Program-made: the position numbers and the translations under genes
Shown: in pieces, positions 1 to 9,698 of the stretch
Numbering within the stretch: the first letter of the stretch is position 1
Layout of the letters: the number at the start of each line of letters is the position of its first letter
NCBI RefSeq assembly: GCF_000423105.1
Contig: NZ_AUHI01000004.1
Span: 362,810 to 386,809 of the forward strand
Length of the DNA: 24,000 nt
Direction: 5' to 3'
From: Halalkalibacillus halophilus DSM 18494
GTDB taxonomy: Bacteria > Bacillota > Bacilli > Bacillales > Alkalibacillaceae
The notes under the pieces: model-generated
What the model was told of the DNA's origin: nothing
Seen by the model: the letters and a program-made list of their open reading frames with translations, nothing else
Database searches by the model: none

Positions 1-2
1 GT

Positions 3-1265
3 ACGCACAATGGAAAAAAACTATTTTTGTCACCTGGAAATGACCAATTGCTACAAGTTATTCAACAAGTATATGGAGCGAAAATTGTGCAAGATATGCT
101 GAAAATTGAAAATAGCTCATTAGATTATCGAATAACAGGTTTTATTGCAAAGCCTGAAAATGCCCGGTCTAACCGGAATTATATCTCTCTATTAGTGAAC
201 GGGAGATATATTAAAAACCCTGTCATTAATAAAGCGATCATGGAAGGGTTTCATACCTTCCTACCAATTGGCCGCTATCCAATTGCCGTCATTCATATGG
301 AAATGGATCCTTATTTAGTAGATGTAAATGTGCATCCTGCAAAAACCGAAGTGCGTTTTTCAAAAGAGAAAGAACTCTATCAAATTGTGAAAGATACAGT
401 ATACAAAGCACTTCACCAGGAAACACTGATCCCAGAAGGTCGAAAGAAACACAAAGATACGAGTGAACAAACTACTTTCGACTTTTCTTCGACCAATCAT
501 GTACAAGAAACACAGGCGCCACTAAGTGGAAACTTTGATACTCCTAAAAGAGTGTTTACTGAACAGCCAGCTACTACACCTTCCTCTGATTCTATAAATG
601 AATCTAGTAACAAGGAAGACTCTTCTTTCACGAATGAGGGGGAATTACTCGGTAAGAACACAAAGGAAGATACACCCACAGAAAGAATGCCTGTTGTTTA
701 CCCTATAGGTCAGTTGCGTGGAACTTATATTTTAGCGCAAAACGAAGAAGGGTTTTATATGATCGACCAACATGCTGCTCAAGAACGTATTAAGTATGAA
801 TTTTATAAAGATAAACTCGGGAATCCAGAACATGAGCTTCAAGAATTACTCGTTCCATTAACGTTTGATTTTTCACAAAATGAATCAATCATGATTGAAA
901 CTAAAAAAGCGGAATTAGAAGCTGTTGGTTTGATCTTAGAAGGCTTCGGAGATCGAAGTTATATTGTACGTGCACACCCTAGTTGGTTTCCAACAGGGGA
1001 AGAAGAACAAATTATAAGAGATATGGTAGAGGACCTAGTGACAGACCGTGCCATTAATATTGAAAAGCTACGAGAAGAAGCTGCCATTCTATTATCATGC
1101 AAGCGATCGATTAAAGCGAATCATTATTTAAATCATGCTGAAATGGAATATCTCCTTCAGGAACTAAGAGCGTGTGTTGATCCATTTACATGTCCACACG
1201 GTAGACCAATTGTTGTTCACTTTAGTGATTATGAGATTCAACGTATGTTTAAACGAATTATGTAA
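3..1265 (+). CDS. mutL: DNA mismatch repair protein MutL, C-terminal part (5' end outside window)
   Basis: Open frame continues upstream of the window edge. N-terminal transducer motif 'VDVNVHPAKTEVRF' and C-terminal 'QHAAQERI' and 'CPHGRP' motifs are characteristic of MutL. It is followed by miaA, as in Bacillus. Confidence 0.97.
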   Translation, partial: THNGKKLFLSPGNDQLLQVIQQVYGAKIVQDMLKIENSSLDYRITGFIAKPENARSNRNYISLLVNGRYIKNPVINKAIMEGFHTFLPIGRYPIAVIHMEMDPYLVDVNVHPAKTEVRFSKEKELYQIVKDTVYKALHQETLIPEGRKKHKDTSEQTTFDFSSTNHVQETQAPLSGNFDTPKRVFTEQPATTPSSDSINESSNKEDSSFTNEGELLGKNTKEDTPTERMPVVYPIGQLRGTYILAQNEEGFYMIDQHAAQERIKYEFYKDKLGNPEHELQELLVPLTFDFSQNESIMIETKKAELEAVGLILEGFGDRSYIVRAHPSWFPTGEEEQIIRDMVEDLVTDRAINIEKLREEAAILLSCKRSIKANHYLNHAEMEYLLQELRACVDPFTCPHGRPIVVHFSDYEIQRMFKRIM

Positions 1266-1278
1266 GAAGGGGTAAAAT

Positions 1279-2223
1279 ATGAAACAAAAAGTGATTAGTG
1301 TCGTAGGACCTACTGCTGTTGGTAAATCTAAGCTTGGGGTGGAGTTAGCGAAACAGTTTGGTGGAGAAATTATTAATGGTGATTCTATGCAAATATATCA
1401 AGAGTTTGATATAGGAACTGCGAAGGTTTCAAAGGAAGAACAAGATGGGATTATCCATCATTTATTAGATTTCAAATCACCACAAGAAGGTTATTCAGCT
1501 GCTGAATTTCAAACAGATGTGAGTAGAGAGATCACCTTCGTTTCTAAGAATAATAAGTTACCGATCATTGTAGGAGGTACGGGATTTTATATCCATGCGG
1601 CATTATATGGCTTTAATTTTTCAGAGGCTAAAAGAGACGAACGTTATGTAAATGAAATGTTAAAGTCTATCGATGAAATTGGCGTAGAACCTTATTTTGA
1701 AAGGTTGAAAAAAATAGATCCAGTTCAAGCTAATAAAATGGATCCTCAAAATATAAGACGTGTGATAAGAGCTTTAGAAGTGTACGATACTACCGGAAAG
1801 ACGATGAGTGATTATCAACAAGAGCAGATTGCAGAAGCGCCATATAATAGTTTTATTATAGGACTAGACATGGACCGGGAGCTATTGTATGAACGAATCA
1901 ATAGTCGAGTGGATGAAATGCTAGAGGCTGGTCTAGAACAAGAAGTAAAACATTTATACTATGTTTATGGGGAAGATATCCAAGCAATGCAAGGAATTGG
2001 TTACAAAGAGTTTATTCCTTACCTGAAAGGGGAAAACTCTCTTGAAGAAGTAGCTGCTTCTATAAAGCAAAACACTAGACGTTTTGCTAAAAGACAGCTT
2101 ACCTATTATCGCAACAAATTACCCCATGTAAATTGGTATACTGTACATCCTTCGACATATGAAGAAAGTTTCACAACAATTTTTCAAGATGTGGCAGGAT
2201 TTTTACAAACGGGTAAAGAATAA
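1279..2223 (+). CDS. miaA: tRNA dimethylallyltransferase MiaA
   Basis: P-loop 'GPTAVGKSKLGVELA', then 'GEIINGDSMQIYQ', 'GGTGFYIHA' and 'NPQNIRRVIRALEVY', which are typical MiaA motifs. Confidence 0.97.
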   Translation: MKQKVISVVGPTAVGKSKLGVELAKQFGGEIINGDSMQIYQEFDIGTAKVSKEEQDGIIHHLLDFKSPQEGYSAAEFQTDVSREITFVSKNNKLPIIVGGTGFYIHAALYGFNFSEAKRDERYVNEMLKSIDEIGVEPYFERLKKIDPVQANKMDPQNIRRVIRALEVYDTTGKTMSDYQQEQIAEAPYNSFIIGLDMDRELLYERINSRVDEMLEAGLEQEVKHLYYVYGEDIQAMQGIGYKEFIPYLKGENSLEEVAASIKQNTRRFAKRQLTYYRNKLPHVNWYTVHPSTYEESFTTIFQDVAGFLQTGKE

Positions 2224-2255
2224 CTTAAGTATTAGATAGATAGAGGAGGAATTGT

Positions 2256-2474
2256 ATGGCGAATGCTAATGTTCAAGACCAGTACTTAAATCAATTGAGA
2301 AAAGAAAAGGTTCAATTAACGGTGTTTCTTACGAACGGTTTTCAATTAAGAGGTGTAATCAAGTCCTTTGACAATTTCACAATCTTAATGGAAACAGATG
2401 GAAAACAACAATTGATTTTTAAACACGCCATTTCTACATTTGCACCATCGAAGAATCTTGATCTGGATTTATAA
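2256..2474 (+). CDS. hfq: RNA chaperone Hfq
   Basis: 72 aa; Sm1-like '[38 protein letters not shown]' and Sm2-like '[10 protein letters not shown]'. Confidence 0.97.
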   Translation: MANANVQDQYLNQLRKEKVQLTVFLTNGFQLRGVIKSFDNFTILMETDGKQQLIFKHAISTFAPSKNLDLDL

Positions 2475-2491
2475 AATTATTTTATCCCTTT

Positions 2492-2522
2492 AAGTCTATC
2501 ATCTCGTATAGGTGATAGGCTT
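2492..2522 (+). terminator. Possible weak intrinsic terminator or processing hairpin after hfq
   Basis: Inverted repeat AAGTCTATCA (2492-2501) / TGATAGGCTT (2513-2522), 10 bp with one G-U, followed by only a weak U-rich tract. Confidence 0.45.
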
Positions 2523-2566
2523 ATTCATTTTAATTACTCGTAATAGAAAAGCAAAGGAGTTTGTTT

Positions 2567-3799
2567 ATGCAAGAACAAGTTGTATTAGTAGGTTGCCATA
2601 CCTCCAAACAATCAGAAGAAACATTCGAATCTTCCATGGAAGAATTAAAACGATTAGCAGAAACAGTCGATTCAAATATAGTTGCAGTGTTTACGCAAAA
2701 GAGAGAACGGATCCAACCTTCTCATTATCTAGGGAAAGGAAAGACGGAAGAAATTGCTACTTTTATAGAAGAAAATGAAGTAGATGTCGTCATTGTGGAC
2801 CAAGAGTTATCTCCAACGCAATCTCGTAACCTTTCGAACGAATGGGAAGCGAGAGTTATTGATCGAACGCAATTAATCTTAGATATATTTGCGATGCGTG
2901 CGCAAACAAAAGAAGGTAAGTTACAGGTAGAGTTAGCTCAGCTTCAATACCTCCTTCCAAGGTTGCACGGCCAAGGTACTTCTTTATCTCGTTTAGGTGG
3001 TGGAATTGGAACCCGTGGACCTGGTGAAACAAAGTTAGAGTCCGACCAGCGTCATATAAGAAGAAGAATAACTGAAATAAAGCGCTCGATTGAACAAGTG
3101 GTCAACCAACGGAAACAATATAGAGAACGAAGAAAAAAGAACGCAGCCTTTCAAATTGCATTAGTGGGATATACGAACGCTGGAAAGTCGACCATTTTCA
3201 ATCAGTTAGGTAAAACAGATATGCTAGCAGAGGATAAATTGTTTGCAACACTCGATCCGAAAACAAATAAAATAAAGCTCCCGAGTGGATTTCAACCGAT
3301 CCTTTCAGATACTGTAGGATTTATTCAACATCTCCCTACGACGCTTATTGCAGCTTTCCGCTCAACATTAGAAGAAGTGCTAGAAGCGGATTTGATTTTA
3401 CATGTGGTAGATAGTTCTAATCCGCAAATTGTGGATCAAGAACAGACGGTTAAAGATATATTGACGGAACTTGGTGCAAGTCATATCCCTGTATTAACGG
3501 TATACAATAAATCTGATCAAACATCAGAAGATTTCATTCCTTATTCTACCCCCCATATTTTAATGAGTGCACATAGGAATGAAGACATGATTCGTTTAAA
3601 ATCAAAAATAGAAGAAACTTTGTTACACTACTTTGATGCATATGAAGTAAAACTTAATAGTGATCAAGGGAAAAAGCTTGATACGTTAAAAAGAGAAACG
3701 ATTGTAGCGGAAGAGTCTTTTATAAAAGAAGACGAGACATACCATTTACTTGGATATGTACACACACACTCACCTCTTTATCAAGAATTGGTTAAATAA
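2567..3799 (+). CDS. hflX: Ribosome-associated GTPase HflX
   Basis: 'LGGGIGTRGPGETKLE' and G1 'GYTNAGKSTIFNQL', 'DTVGFI', 'YNKSD' motifs. ATG at 2567 follows AAAGGAG; the listed TTG start is 6 nt upstream. Confidence 0.96.
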   Translation: MQEQVVLVGCHTSKQSEETFESSMEELKRLAETVDSNIVAVFTQKRERIQPSHYLGKGKTEEIATFIEENEVDVVIVDQELSPTQSRNLSNEWEARVIDRTQLILDIFAMRAQTKEGKLQVELAQLQYLLPRLHGQGTSLSRLGGGIGTRGPGETKLESDQRHIRRRITEIKRSIEQVVNQRKQYRERRKKNAAFQIALVGYTNAGKSTIFNQLGKTDMLAEDKLFATLDPKTNKIKLPSGFQPILSDTVGFIQHLPTTLIAAFRSTLEEVLEADLILHVVDSSNPQIVDQEQTVKDILTELGASHIPVLTVYNKSDQTSEDFIPYSTPHILMSAHRNEDMIRLKSKIEETLLHYFDAYEVKLNSDQGKKLDTLKRETIVAEESFIKEDETYHLLGYVHTHSPLYQELVK

Positions 3800-3810
3800 A
3801 GGAGCTCATC

Positions 3811-5046
3811 ATGAAAGAAGAAACACTTACTTTAATGAATGATATAGAAAATAAAATTATAGATCATCTGCAAGACGTTCGTAATATTGTAACGTGGAAT
3901 CAAGAAAAAGTTTTAGCTGCTTTTCGGTATTTACGCGTAGGGGATGTACATTTTAATCCGACCACAGGGTATGGGTATGATGATCTTGGCAGAGAAAAAT
4001 TAGAAGAACTTTATGCTGCTATTTTTCATACGGAAGACGCATTAGTTCGCCAGCAAATGGTGTCTGGAACACATGCAATTTCTACAGCATTGTTTGCGAT
4101 ACTAAGACCAGGAGACACGATATTGTCGCTTACTGGCAATCCTTACGACACGCTTGAAGGTGTGATTGGAGCGTCGAAACCAGTTGATGGCTCTTTAACC
4201 GATTATGGGATTTTGTATCAAGTAGCGGGTCTTCTACCAAATGGGTCAATCAATTATTCGTTAATAGAAGAACAACTAAAAAATAAGCCTAAAGCTGTAA
4301 TGATTCAGCGCTCCAGAGGATATGCAGATAGGCCTTCTTTTCATATTGAAGAAATAAAGACTTTGATTCAATTTGTGAAAGAGCGTTCACCTGAAACGAT
4401 TATTTTTGTTGATAATTGTTACGGGGAATTTGTGGAAACACAAGAACCAACTGATGTTGGAGCTGACTTGATCGCTGGTTCTCTTATTAAAAATCCTGGT
4501 GCGGGGATTGTGAAAACGGGCGGATATATAGCCGGAAAGAAATATTTAATTGAAAAATGTGCCAACCGACTTACTGCACCCGGACTTGGTAAAGAAACAG
4601 GTGCCAGTTTAAACAGCTTACAAGAAATGTTTCAAGGGATTTTTCTAGCGCCACATACAGTTGGAGAAGCACTCAAAGGAGCGTACTTCACAGCGCAACT
4701 CTTAAGTGATCATGGCTATAAAACCACTCCTAGTGTGAAAGAAACAAGAACAGATCTCATTCAATCTATCACCTTTGACGATAAAGAGGCCATGGTTGCA
4801 TTTGCACAAATGATTCAGCAAAATTCGCCTATTAATGCTTACGTATCTCCTCAACCAAGTTATATGCCTGGTTATGAGCATGACGTAATTATGGCTGCGG
4901 GTACGTTTATTCAAGGAGCTAGTTTAGAATTAACTGCAGATGGACCGATTCGGCCGCCGTATACACTTTTCGTGCAAGGTGGTTTAACTTATGAACATGT
5001 GAAGATCGCAATTGTTCAAGGAATACAAGCTTTACAACAAAAATAA
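3811..5046 (+). CDS. ynbB: PLP-dependent 'aluminum resistance' / methionine gamma-lyase family protein (YnbB-like)
   Basis: 411 aa with PLP-lysine context 'GSLIKNPGAGIVKTGGYIAGKKYLIE'. Position between hflX and glnR matches B. subtilis ynbB. Confidence 0.88.
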   Translation: MKEETLTLMNDIENKIIDHLQDVRNIVTWNQEKVLAAFRYLRVGDVHFNPTTGYGYDDLGREKLEELYAAIFHTEDALVRQQMVSGTHAISTALFAILRPGDTILSLTGNPYDTLEGVIGASKPVDGSLTDYGILYQVAGLLPNGSINYSLIEEQLKNKPKAVMIQRSRGYADRPSFHIEEIKTLIQFVKERSPETIIFVDNCYGEFVETQEPTDVGADLIAGSLIKNPGAGIVKTGGYIAGKKYLIEKCANRLTAPGLGKETGASLNSLQEMFQGIFLAPHTVGEALKGAYFTAQLLSDHGYKTTPSVKETRTDLIQSITFDDKEAMVAFAQMIQQNSPINAYVSPQPSYMPGYEHDVIMAAGTFIQGASLELTADGPIRPPYTLFVQGGLTYEHVKIAIVQGIQALQQK

Positions 5047-5052
5047 TTTATC

Positions 5053-5081
5053 AACAGCATAGCTTTTTTGGTTATGCTGTT
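5053..5081 (+). terminator. Intrinsic terminator after ynbB-like gene
   Basis: AACAGCATA (5053-5061) / TATGCTGTT (5073-5081) followed by TTATTTT. Confidence 0.7.
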
Positions 5082-5119
5082 TTATTTTGGGGTATTAAAT
5101 AGAATAGATAATAAATTCA

Positions 5120-5158
5120 TGTAAACTTTCTTAACATCAGTTGACAACTTAAGTTACA
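5120..5158 (+). promoter_or_regulatory. Two tandem GlnR/TnrA-type operator sites overlapping the glnRA promoter
   Basis: Site 1: TGTAA-ACTTTCT-TAACA at 5120-5136, an exact match to TGTNA-N7-TNACA. Site 2: TGACA-ACTTAAG-TTACA at 5142-5158, one mismatch, overlapping the -35 TTGACA (5141-5146). Candidate -10 TAAACT at 5164-5169. Confidence 0.82.
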
Positions 5159-5193
5159 TGTAATAAACTGAATATTAAGTTGGAGGTGTTGAT

Positions 5194-5610
5194 GTGGATT
5201 TACAAGATAGAAAATCAATGCCCTTGTTTCCTATGAGTATCGTGAGTGAATTGACAGATTTATCAGGTCGTCAAATCAGATACTATGAAGAAAAAGGCTT
5301 GGTGACTCCGGTTCGATCAAAAGGTAATAGACGATTATTCTCGTTTTATGATGTTGATCGTTTGTTAGAGATAAAGCAATTAATTGATCAGGGAGTTAAC
5401 ATGGCTGGAATTCAACATGTTTTAAAAATGAAAGAAGAACAGGTTCGTGAACAGGAGCAAGAACCTACACCTCCTACTGAACCGGAAGTAATGAAGAAAG
5501 ATTTATCAGAGAAACAACTGCATCAATTACTTCGAAAAGAACTAATGGAATCAGGTTACCAAAATCATTCATCGATTGTTAAAGGGGAACTATCAAGGTT
5601 CTACCATTAA
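5194..5610 (+). CDS. glnR: MerR-family glutamine synthetase repressor GlnR
   Basis: MerR HTH '[31 protein letters not shown]' type sequence, directly upstream of glnA. Confidence 0.95.
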   Translation: [138 protein letters not shown]

Positions 5611-5640
5611 TAATAAAACAATTTCTGGGAGGAAAATATT

Positions 5641-6975
5641 TTGCCAAAGATTACGAAAGAAGACATTTACAAACGTATTGAAGAAGAAAACGTGAGGTTC
5701 ATTCGATTACAGTTTACCGATCTTCTAGGAACAATCAAAAACGTTGAAATCCCATTAAGTCAGCTGGATAAAGCGTTAGACAACCAAATGATGTTCGATG
5801 GTTCATCCATTGAAGGGTTTGTGCGGATTGAGGAGTCAGATATGCAACTATCTCCTGACTTAGATTCATTTGTAGTATTCCCTTGGACATCTGAAAAAGG
5901 AAAAGTTGCTCGTTTTATCTGTGATATTTACAACCCAGATGGTACACCATTTGAAGGGTGCCCTCGTTATAATTTAAAACGTAATTTAAAACATATGGAA
6001 GACTTAGGTTTTACGGCATTTAACATTGGTACAGAACCAGAATTCTTCTTATTCAAGTTAGATGAAAAAGGCGAACCATCCATGGAATTAAATGATAAAG
6101 GTGGCTATTTTGACTTAGCACCAACGGACTTAGGGGAAAACTGCCGTCGTGACATCGTTTTAGAGCTTGAAGAAATGGGCTTTGAAATTGAAGCATCTCA
6201 CCACGAAGTAGCACCTGGTCAACACGAAATTGACTTTAAATATTCTGATGCAGTGAAACACTGTGATGATATTCAAACGTTCAAATTAGTTGTTAAGACT
6301 ATTGCGCGTAAACACGGTTTGCATGCAACATTCATGCCAAAACCATTATTCGGTGTGAACGGTTCAGGAATGCACGCAAACATGTCTCTATTTAAAGGGA
6401 AAGAAAATGCTTTCTTCGATAAAAAAGGAGAAGAGCAGTTAAGTGAAATCGCTCACCAATTCACAGCCGGGATCATTAAACACGCAGTTAACTTCACAGC
6501 GGTAACAAACCCTACAGTTAACTCTTATAAGCGTTTAGTTCCAGGGTATGAAGCGCCATGTTACGTAGCTTGGTCTGGTCAAAACCGTAGTCCATTAGTG
6601 CGTGTTCCATCTTCTCGTGGACTAAGTACTCGTATTGAAGTACGTAGTGTGGACCCTGCAGCAAATCCTTATATGGCAATGGCTGTTATGCTAGCTGCTG
6701 GACTTGACGGCGTGGAAAACAAATTAACAGCTCCAGAACCAGTAGATCGTAACATCTATGTAATGGATAAAGAAGAACGTGAAGCGAATGGTGTTCAAGA
6801 TTTACCAGCAACGCTTAACGATGCTCTTCAAAAACTAAAAGAAGATAGCACGATTTCTGCTGCTCTAGGTGAACACTTATTAGAACACTTCCTAGAAGCA
6901 AAAGAAATTGAATGGGATATGTTCCGTACGCAAGTTCACCCTTGGGAACGTGAACAGTATATGAATAGTTATTAA
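5641..6975 (+). CDS. glnA: Type I glutamine synthetase
   Basis: 444 aa; '[18 protein letters not shown]', '[18 protein letters not shown]', '[23 protein letters not shown]' motifs. TTG start preceded by a GGAGG ribosome-binding site. Confidence 0.98.
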   Translation: MPKITKEDIYKRIEEENVRFIRLQFTDLLGTIKNVEIPLSQLDKALDNQMMFDGSSIEGFVRIEESDMQLSPDLDSFVVFPWTSEKGKVARFICDIYNPDGTPFEGCPRYNLKRNLKHMEDLGFTAFNIGTEPEFFLFKLDEKGEPSMELNDKGGYFDLAPTDLGENCRRDIVLELEEMGFEIEASHHEVAPGQHEIDFKYSDAVKHCDDIQTFKLVVKTIARKHGLHATFMPKPLFGVNGSGMHANMSLFKGKENAFFDKKGEEQLSEIAHQFTAGIIKHAVNFTAVTNPTVNSYKRLVPGYEAPCYVAWSGQNRSPLVRVPSSRGLSTRIEVRSVDPAANPYMAMAVMLAAGLDGVENKLTAPEPVDRNIYVMDKEEREANGVQDLPATLNDALQKLKEDSTISAALGEHLLEHFLEAKEIEWDMFRTQVHPWEREQYMNSY

Positions 6976-6984
6976 ACCTTTAGA

Positions 6985-7011
6985 CCTCTTGAGCTATAAC
7001 GGCTCAAGAGG
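6985..7011 (+). terminator. Intrinsic terminator of glnRA
   Basis: CCTCTTGAGC (6985-6994) / GCTCAAGAGG (7002-7011) followed by seven T residues. Confidence 0.92.
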
Positions 7012-7038
7012 TTTTTTTGAATAATATAAATGATTAGA

Positions 7039-7064
7039 CCTGACACTTTCTTAGTAGTGTCAGG
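7039..7064 (+). terminator. Second hairpin, tandem to the glnA terminator
   Basis: CCTGACAC (7039-7046) / GTGTCAGG (7057-7064) followed by CTTTTG. Confidence 0.6.
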
Positions 7065-7071
7065 CTTTTGT

Positions 7072-7677
7072 TTAGTAGTGACTATTGGGAGAGTACGAAT
7101 AATGACTAGGGTGATGCTGATTGTTATATCCCATATAATGATCCTTCTTACAGTCGCTGTATGGTCCTATATAAGTGCTTGGTTTTATTGGTGCAGTGAC
7201 ATTTACCCACTCTTCTTCATTCATACAATACGTATGAGCCATGACATTTGCAGGGGTTAGTGCTAATATGTCAGATCCTAAAACGACTTCTGGATTTGCT
7301 GCATCGAATACGGCTAATAAATGAGTATGATCTTCTAATGCTACTATATAGTGCCACCATCCTTGTGGAATATTTACTATTTGCCCTGGTGTGATACAAA
7401 AATGCAAATACTCTTTGGTGAATGGATTTAATAGGGATACTTCTGCTTGCCCGGATATACAATAGACGATCTCTGAAGCGTTTTGGTGATAATGCGGCTC
7501 TACAACATTCCCTCTACTTAAAAAAATATCAAGCAGGGAGGAGTGCTGTAAGCTGTTTAACTGCGCTTGCCCTGCTACATTAATTAAATTTTGTCTATCC
7601 TTAACGAACAAATGACTGTTATTCATATTAAAGAAATATTGAACAGATGGAGAAGTGTAATCGATTTGATTTGTCAT
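7072..7677 (-). CDS. Cupin-domain protein (small germin / oxalate decarboxylase-like fold)
   Basis: Metal-site motifs 'EPHYHQNASEIVYCISGQAEV' and 'IPQGWWHYI'. Likely start MTNQIDYT at 7677 preceded by AGGAGG; the listed ORF start at 7764 has no comparable support. Confidence 0.82.
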   Translation of the reverse strand: MTNQIDYTSPSVQYFFNMNNSHLFVKDRQNLINVAGQAQLNSLQHSSLLDIFLSRGNVVEPHYHQNASEIVYCISGQAEVSLLNPFTKEYLHFCITPGQIVNIPQGWWHYIVALEDHTHLLAVFDAANPEVVLGSDILALTPANVMAHTYCMNEEEWVNVTAPIKPSTYIGPYSDCKKDHYMGYNNQHHPSHYSYSPNSHY

Positions 7678-7764
7678 TACTGTAACCTGCCTCCTTTTCG
7701 CTAATATTAAACTATGATTGGAGAAGAAGATGGGTGAATGCCTAAAAAAGGAAAAAAGAAACAC

Positions 7765-7809
7765 TTGTTCTGTTCAGGTGAAATATAGTATAATACGAAC
7801 AAACGTTCT
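7765..7809 (+). promoter_or_regulatory. Promoter with LexA (SOS) box upstream of the translesion polymerase cassette
   Basis: -35-like TTGTTC 7765-7770, 18-nt spacer, TATAAT 7789-7794, and CGAACAAACGTTCT at 7796-7809 matching the Bacillus SOS-box core CGAAC-N4-GTTC. Confidence 0.8.
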
Positions 7810-7828
7810 TAATTGATGAGGTGACCAT

Positions 7829-8077
7829 ATGAGCAATTACTTACTGAGAAGATCATATGAAGAAAAAATGAAACTAGACATTGTCTATCTGGATCAACAG
7901 CAAGAGATGACACAGCGTGTGGTTAGGGTTGTCAGATTGGAAGAAGATTATTTTCTCGCTTTTTGTTTTACTCGTAAAAAGGTGCGCAAATTTCATAAAA
8001 ACAATTTACTTGCTGTCTATCCGTATCAACGTCAAAGGAAAGGGGAGAGGTTCTTCGATGCACCAGGATCGAGGTAG
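7829..8077 (+). CDS. Small stand-alone WYL-domain-like protein
   Basis: 82 aa; 'IVYLDQQQEMTQRVVRVVRLEEDYFLAFCFTRKKVRKFHKNNLLAV' resembles a WYL-domain core. No HTH is present. Overlaps the next gene start. Confidence 0.6.
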   Translation: MSNYLLRRSYEEKMKLDIVYLDQQQEMTQRVVRVVRLEEDYFLAFCFTRKKVRKFHKNNLLAVYPYQRQRKGERFFDAPGSR

Positions 8078-8378
8078 TATCAAATGGACGTCACTCATGC
8101 TTCCTGAGCATGTGGAGGAACTACAGGAAATTTGGAAAGAAGATTACTATGAGCCAAAGCAAATAACTGGTGATCTGAATGAGGTGCTCGAACAAATTAA
8201 TCAGGCTTACCAAATAGAACAGGATGTAAATTTGTGCTTTTATAATGGATTTCGTTATGAACATTTACATGGGAAGGTGATCTCTATTGATGCTACTAAT
8301 CAACACTTTCAATTTAAATATCATCAACGAAGCTATAAACAGATTTCTTTTACCGCGGTGAAACGTATTGATTTTTAA
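8058..8378 (+). CDS. YolD-like family protein
   Basis: Start at MHQDRGSIKWTSLMLPEH (ATG 8058, same frame as the listed 7917 ORF). 'GSIKW..MMLPEH' and 'GKVISID..' are YolD-like features, and the gene lies immediately upstream of a Y-family polymerase. Confidence 0.83.
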   Translation: MHQDRGSIKWTSLMLPEHVEELQEIWKEDYYEPKQITGDLNEVLEQINQAYQIEQDVNLCFYNGFRYEHLHGKVISIDATNQHFQFKYHQRSYKQISFTAVKRIDF

Positions 8379-8389
8379 GGAGGGGTAGA

Positions 8390-9646
8390 ATGGATTATCA
8401 AGGCTATCCTAGACATGATGTGTTTTGTATTGATATGCGGTCATTTTATGCAAGTGTAGAATGCATGAAAAGAGGCGTTGATCCACAAACGTCATTGCTC
8501 GCTGTCGTGGGTGATCCGAACCGGAATGGCAGCATTGTGTTAGCCGCTTCTCCTGCACTAAAAAAACAACACGGCGTTAGTAATGTAAGTCGTTATTTTG
8601 AATTACCAAATGATCCTAATTTAATTATCGCGAAAGCTCATATGGGTGATTATGTGATGGTTTCTTTGGAAATCACTAAATTGATGCTTCGATTTGTCCC
8701 AAAAGAAGCCATTCACGTCTATTCTGTCGATGAAATCTGGATTACAGTGGATGGACTTCGTAAACTATATGGTACTCCTTATGAAATTGCCCAAAAGGTA
8801 CAGGAGAGTATTCGGGAATTGTTTGGTATAGAATCGGTGATTGGAATTGGTGAAAATAAATTTTTAGCAAAAGTGGTTATGGATCTACATGCGAAAAAAG
8901 CAGAGGATGGAATTAGCGAATGTCGGTATGAAGATGTGGAACGTTTACTTTGGCCAGTTGCCCTAGAAGAAGTCTGGGGTATTGGATCACGAATGATGCG
9001 CAATTTAAATCGAATGGGCATGAGCAACTTAGGCGACCTCGCTAATCATTCCTTACCCCACTTAAAAAAGCGCTTCGGTATTATGGGAGAACAATTGTAC
9101 TGGCATGCGTGGGGAATTGATTTAAGTCCAGTTACCGGAAATTTTACGAAAACGGAGCAAAAAGGTTATGGCCATGGAATTACACTTTTAAGGGATTACT
9201 CAAAAGAAGAGATTTATGCATGCTTACTCGATCTATGTGAGGAAGCGTGCCGAAGGGCGAGAAAGGACGAGAGGTTGGGACGAACGATTCACTTGGCAAT
9301 TGGCTATTCAAGTGAGTTTGCGAAGGGATTCAGTAGGTCTATTTCCGTTGATGTTCCAACGAATGACACGCTTGAAGTATATGAAGTTTGTCTGCAGCTA
9401 TTTCATCGTTTCTACAGTGAAGGGTATAGTATTCGAAAAGCTTCTATGTCACTCACGAATTTAAGTGAGGAGGCAGGGACACAGTTGAGCTTATGGAATG
9501 ATCGGTCTAAATATCGTGATTTGTACCGAGTCATGGATGAAGTGAAAGATCGATTCGGTTCTACAGCTTTACTGCGAGCGAGTAGTTATACGAGTGGTGG
9601 AATTGCGGTGGAAAGAGGGAAGAAGATTGGAGGCCATTATGCATAG
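8390..9646 (+). CDS. Y-family (UvrX/YqjW/UmuC-like) translesion DNA polymerase
   Basis: 'CIDMRSFYASVECMKRG', 'SVDEIWITVDG', 'IGIGENKFLAKVVMDLHAKK', and HhH-like 'VWGIGSRMMRNLNRMGMSNLGDLA'. Acidic catalytic residues are in the expected motifs. Confidence 0.93.
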   Translation: MDYQGYPRHDVFCIDMRSFYASVECMKRGVDPQTSLLAVVGDPNRNGSIVLAASPALKKQHGVSNVSRYFELPNDPNLIIAKAHMGDYVMVSLEITKLMLRFVPKEAIHVYSVDEIWITVDGLRKLYGTPYEIAQKVQESIRELFGIESVIGIGENKFLAKVVMDLHAKKAEDGISECRYEDVERLLWPVALEEVWGIGSRMMRNLNRMGMSNLGDLANHSLPHLKKRFGIMGEQLYWHAWGIDLSPVTGNFTKTEQKGYGHGITLLRDYSKEEIYACLLDLCEEACRRARKDERLGRTIHLAIGYSSEFAKGFSRSISVDVPTNDTLEVYEVCLQLFHRFYSEGYSIRKASMSLTNLSEEAGTQLSLWNDRSKYRDLYRVMDEVKDRFGSTALLRASSYTSGGIAVERGKKIGGHYA

Positions 9647-9654
9647 GAACAGAA

Positions 9655-9688
9655 AAAAGGTATTTTCCAAACAGGGAAAATACCTTTT
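9655..9688. terminator. Bidirectional terminator between convergent polymerase gene and lexA
   Basis: Perfect 14-bp inverted repeat AAAAGGTATTTTCC (9655-9668) / GGAAAATACCTTTT (9675-9688), 6-nt loop. Confidence 0.88.
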
Positions 9689-9698
9689 CATATTTTAA

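Noticed and set aside
497-679. Minus-strand ORF inside mutL, and similar antisense ORFs at 4702-4914, 8779-9027, 10863-11090, 13042-13293, 14195-14410, 15304-15501, 16876-17079, 17655-17873, 18118-18348, 18421-18648, 18915-19154, 23635-23895
   Set aside because: All are short, lie antisense to well-supported conserved genes, and show no recognisable protein motifs. They are consistent with chance open frames.
2512-2778. 88-aa ORF overlapping the start of hflX
   Set aside because: Out-of-frame overlap with a strongly conserved gene; composition not protein-like.
7030-7260. 76-aa plus-strand ORF overlapping the cupin gene
   Set aside because: Starts inside the hairpin region and runs antisense to a conserved cupin with a good ribosome-binding site; no recognisable family features.
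7917-8057. N-terminal extension of the YolD-like ORF
   Set aside because: It is the alternate frame of the upstream WYL-like gene. The conserved YolD sequence begins near MHQDRGSIKW at 8058.
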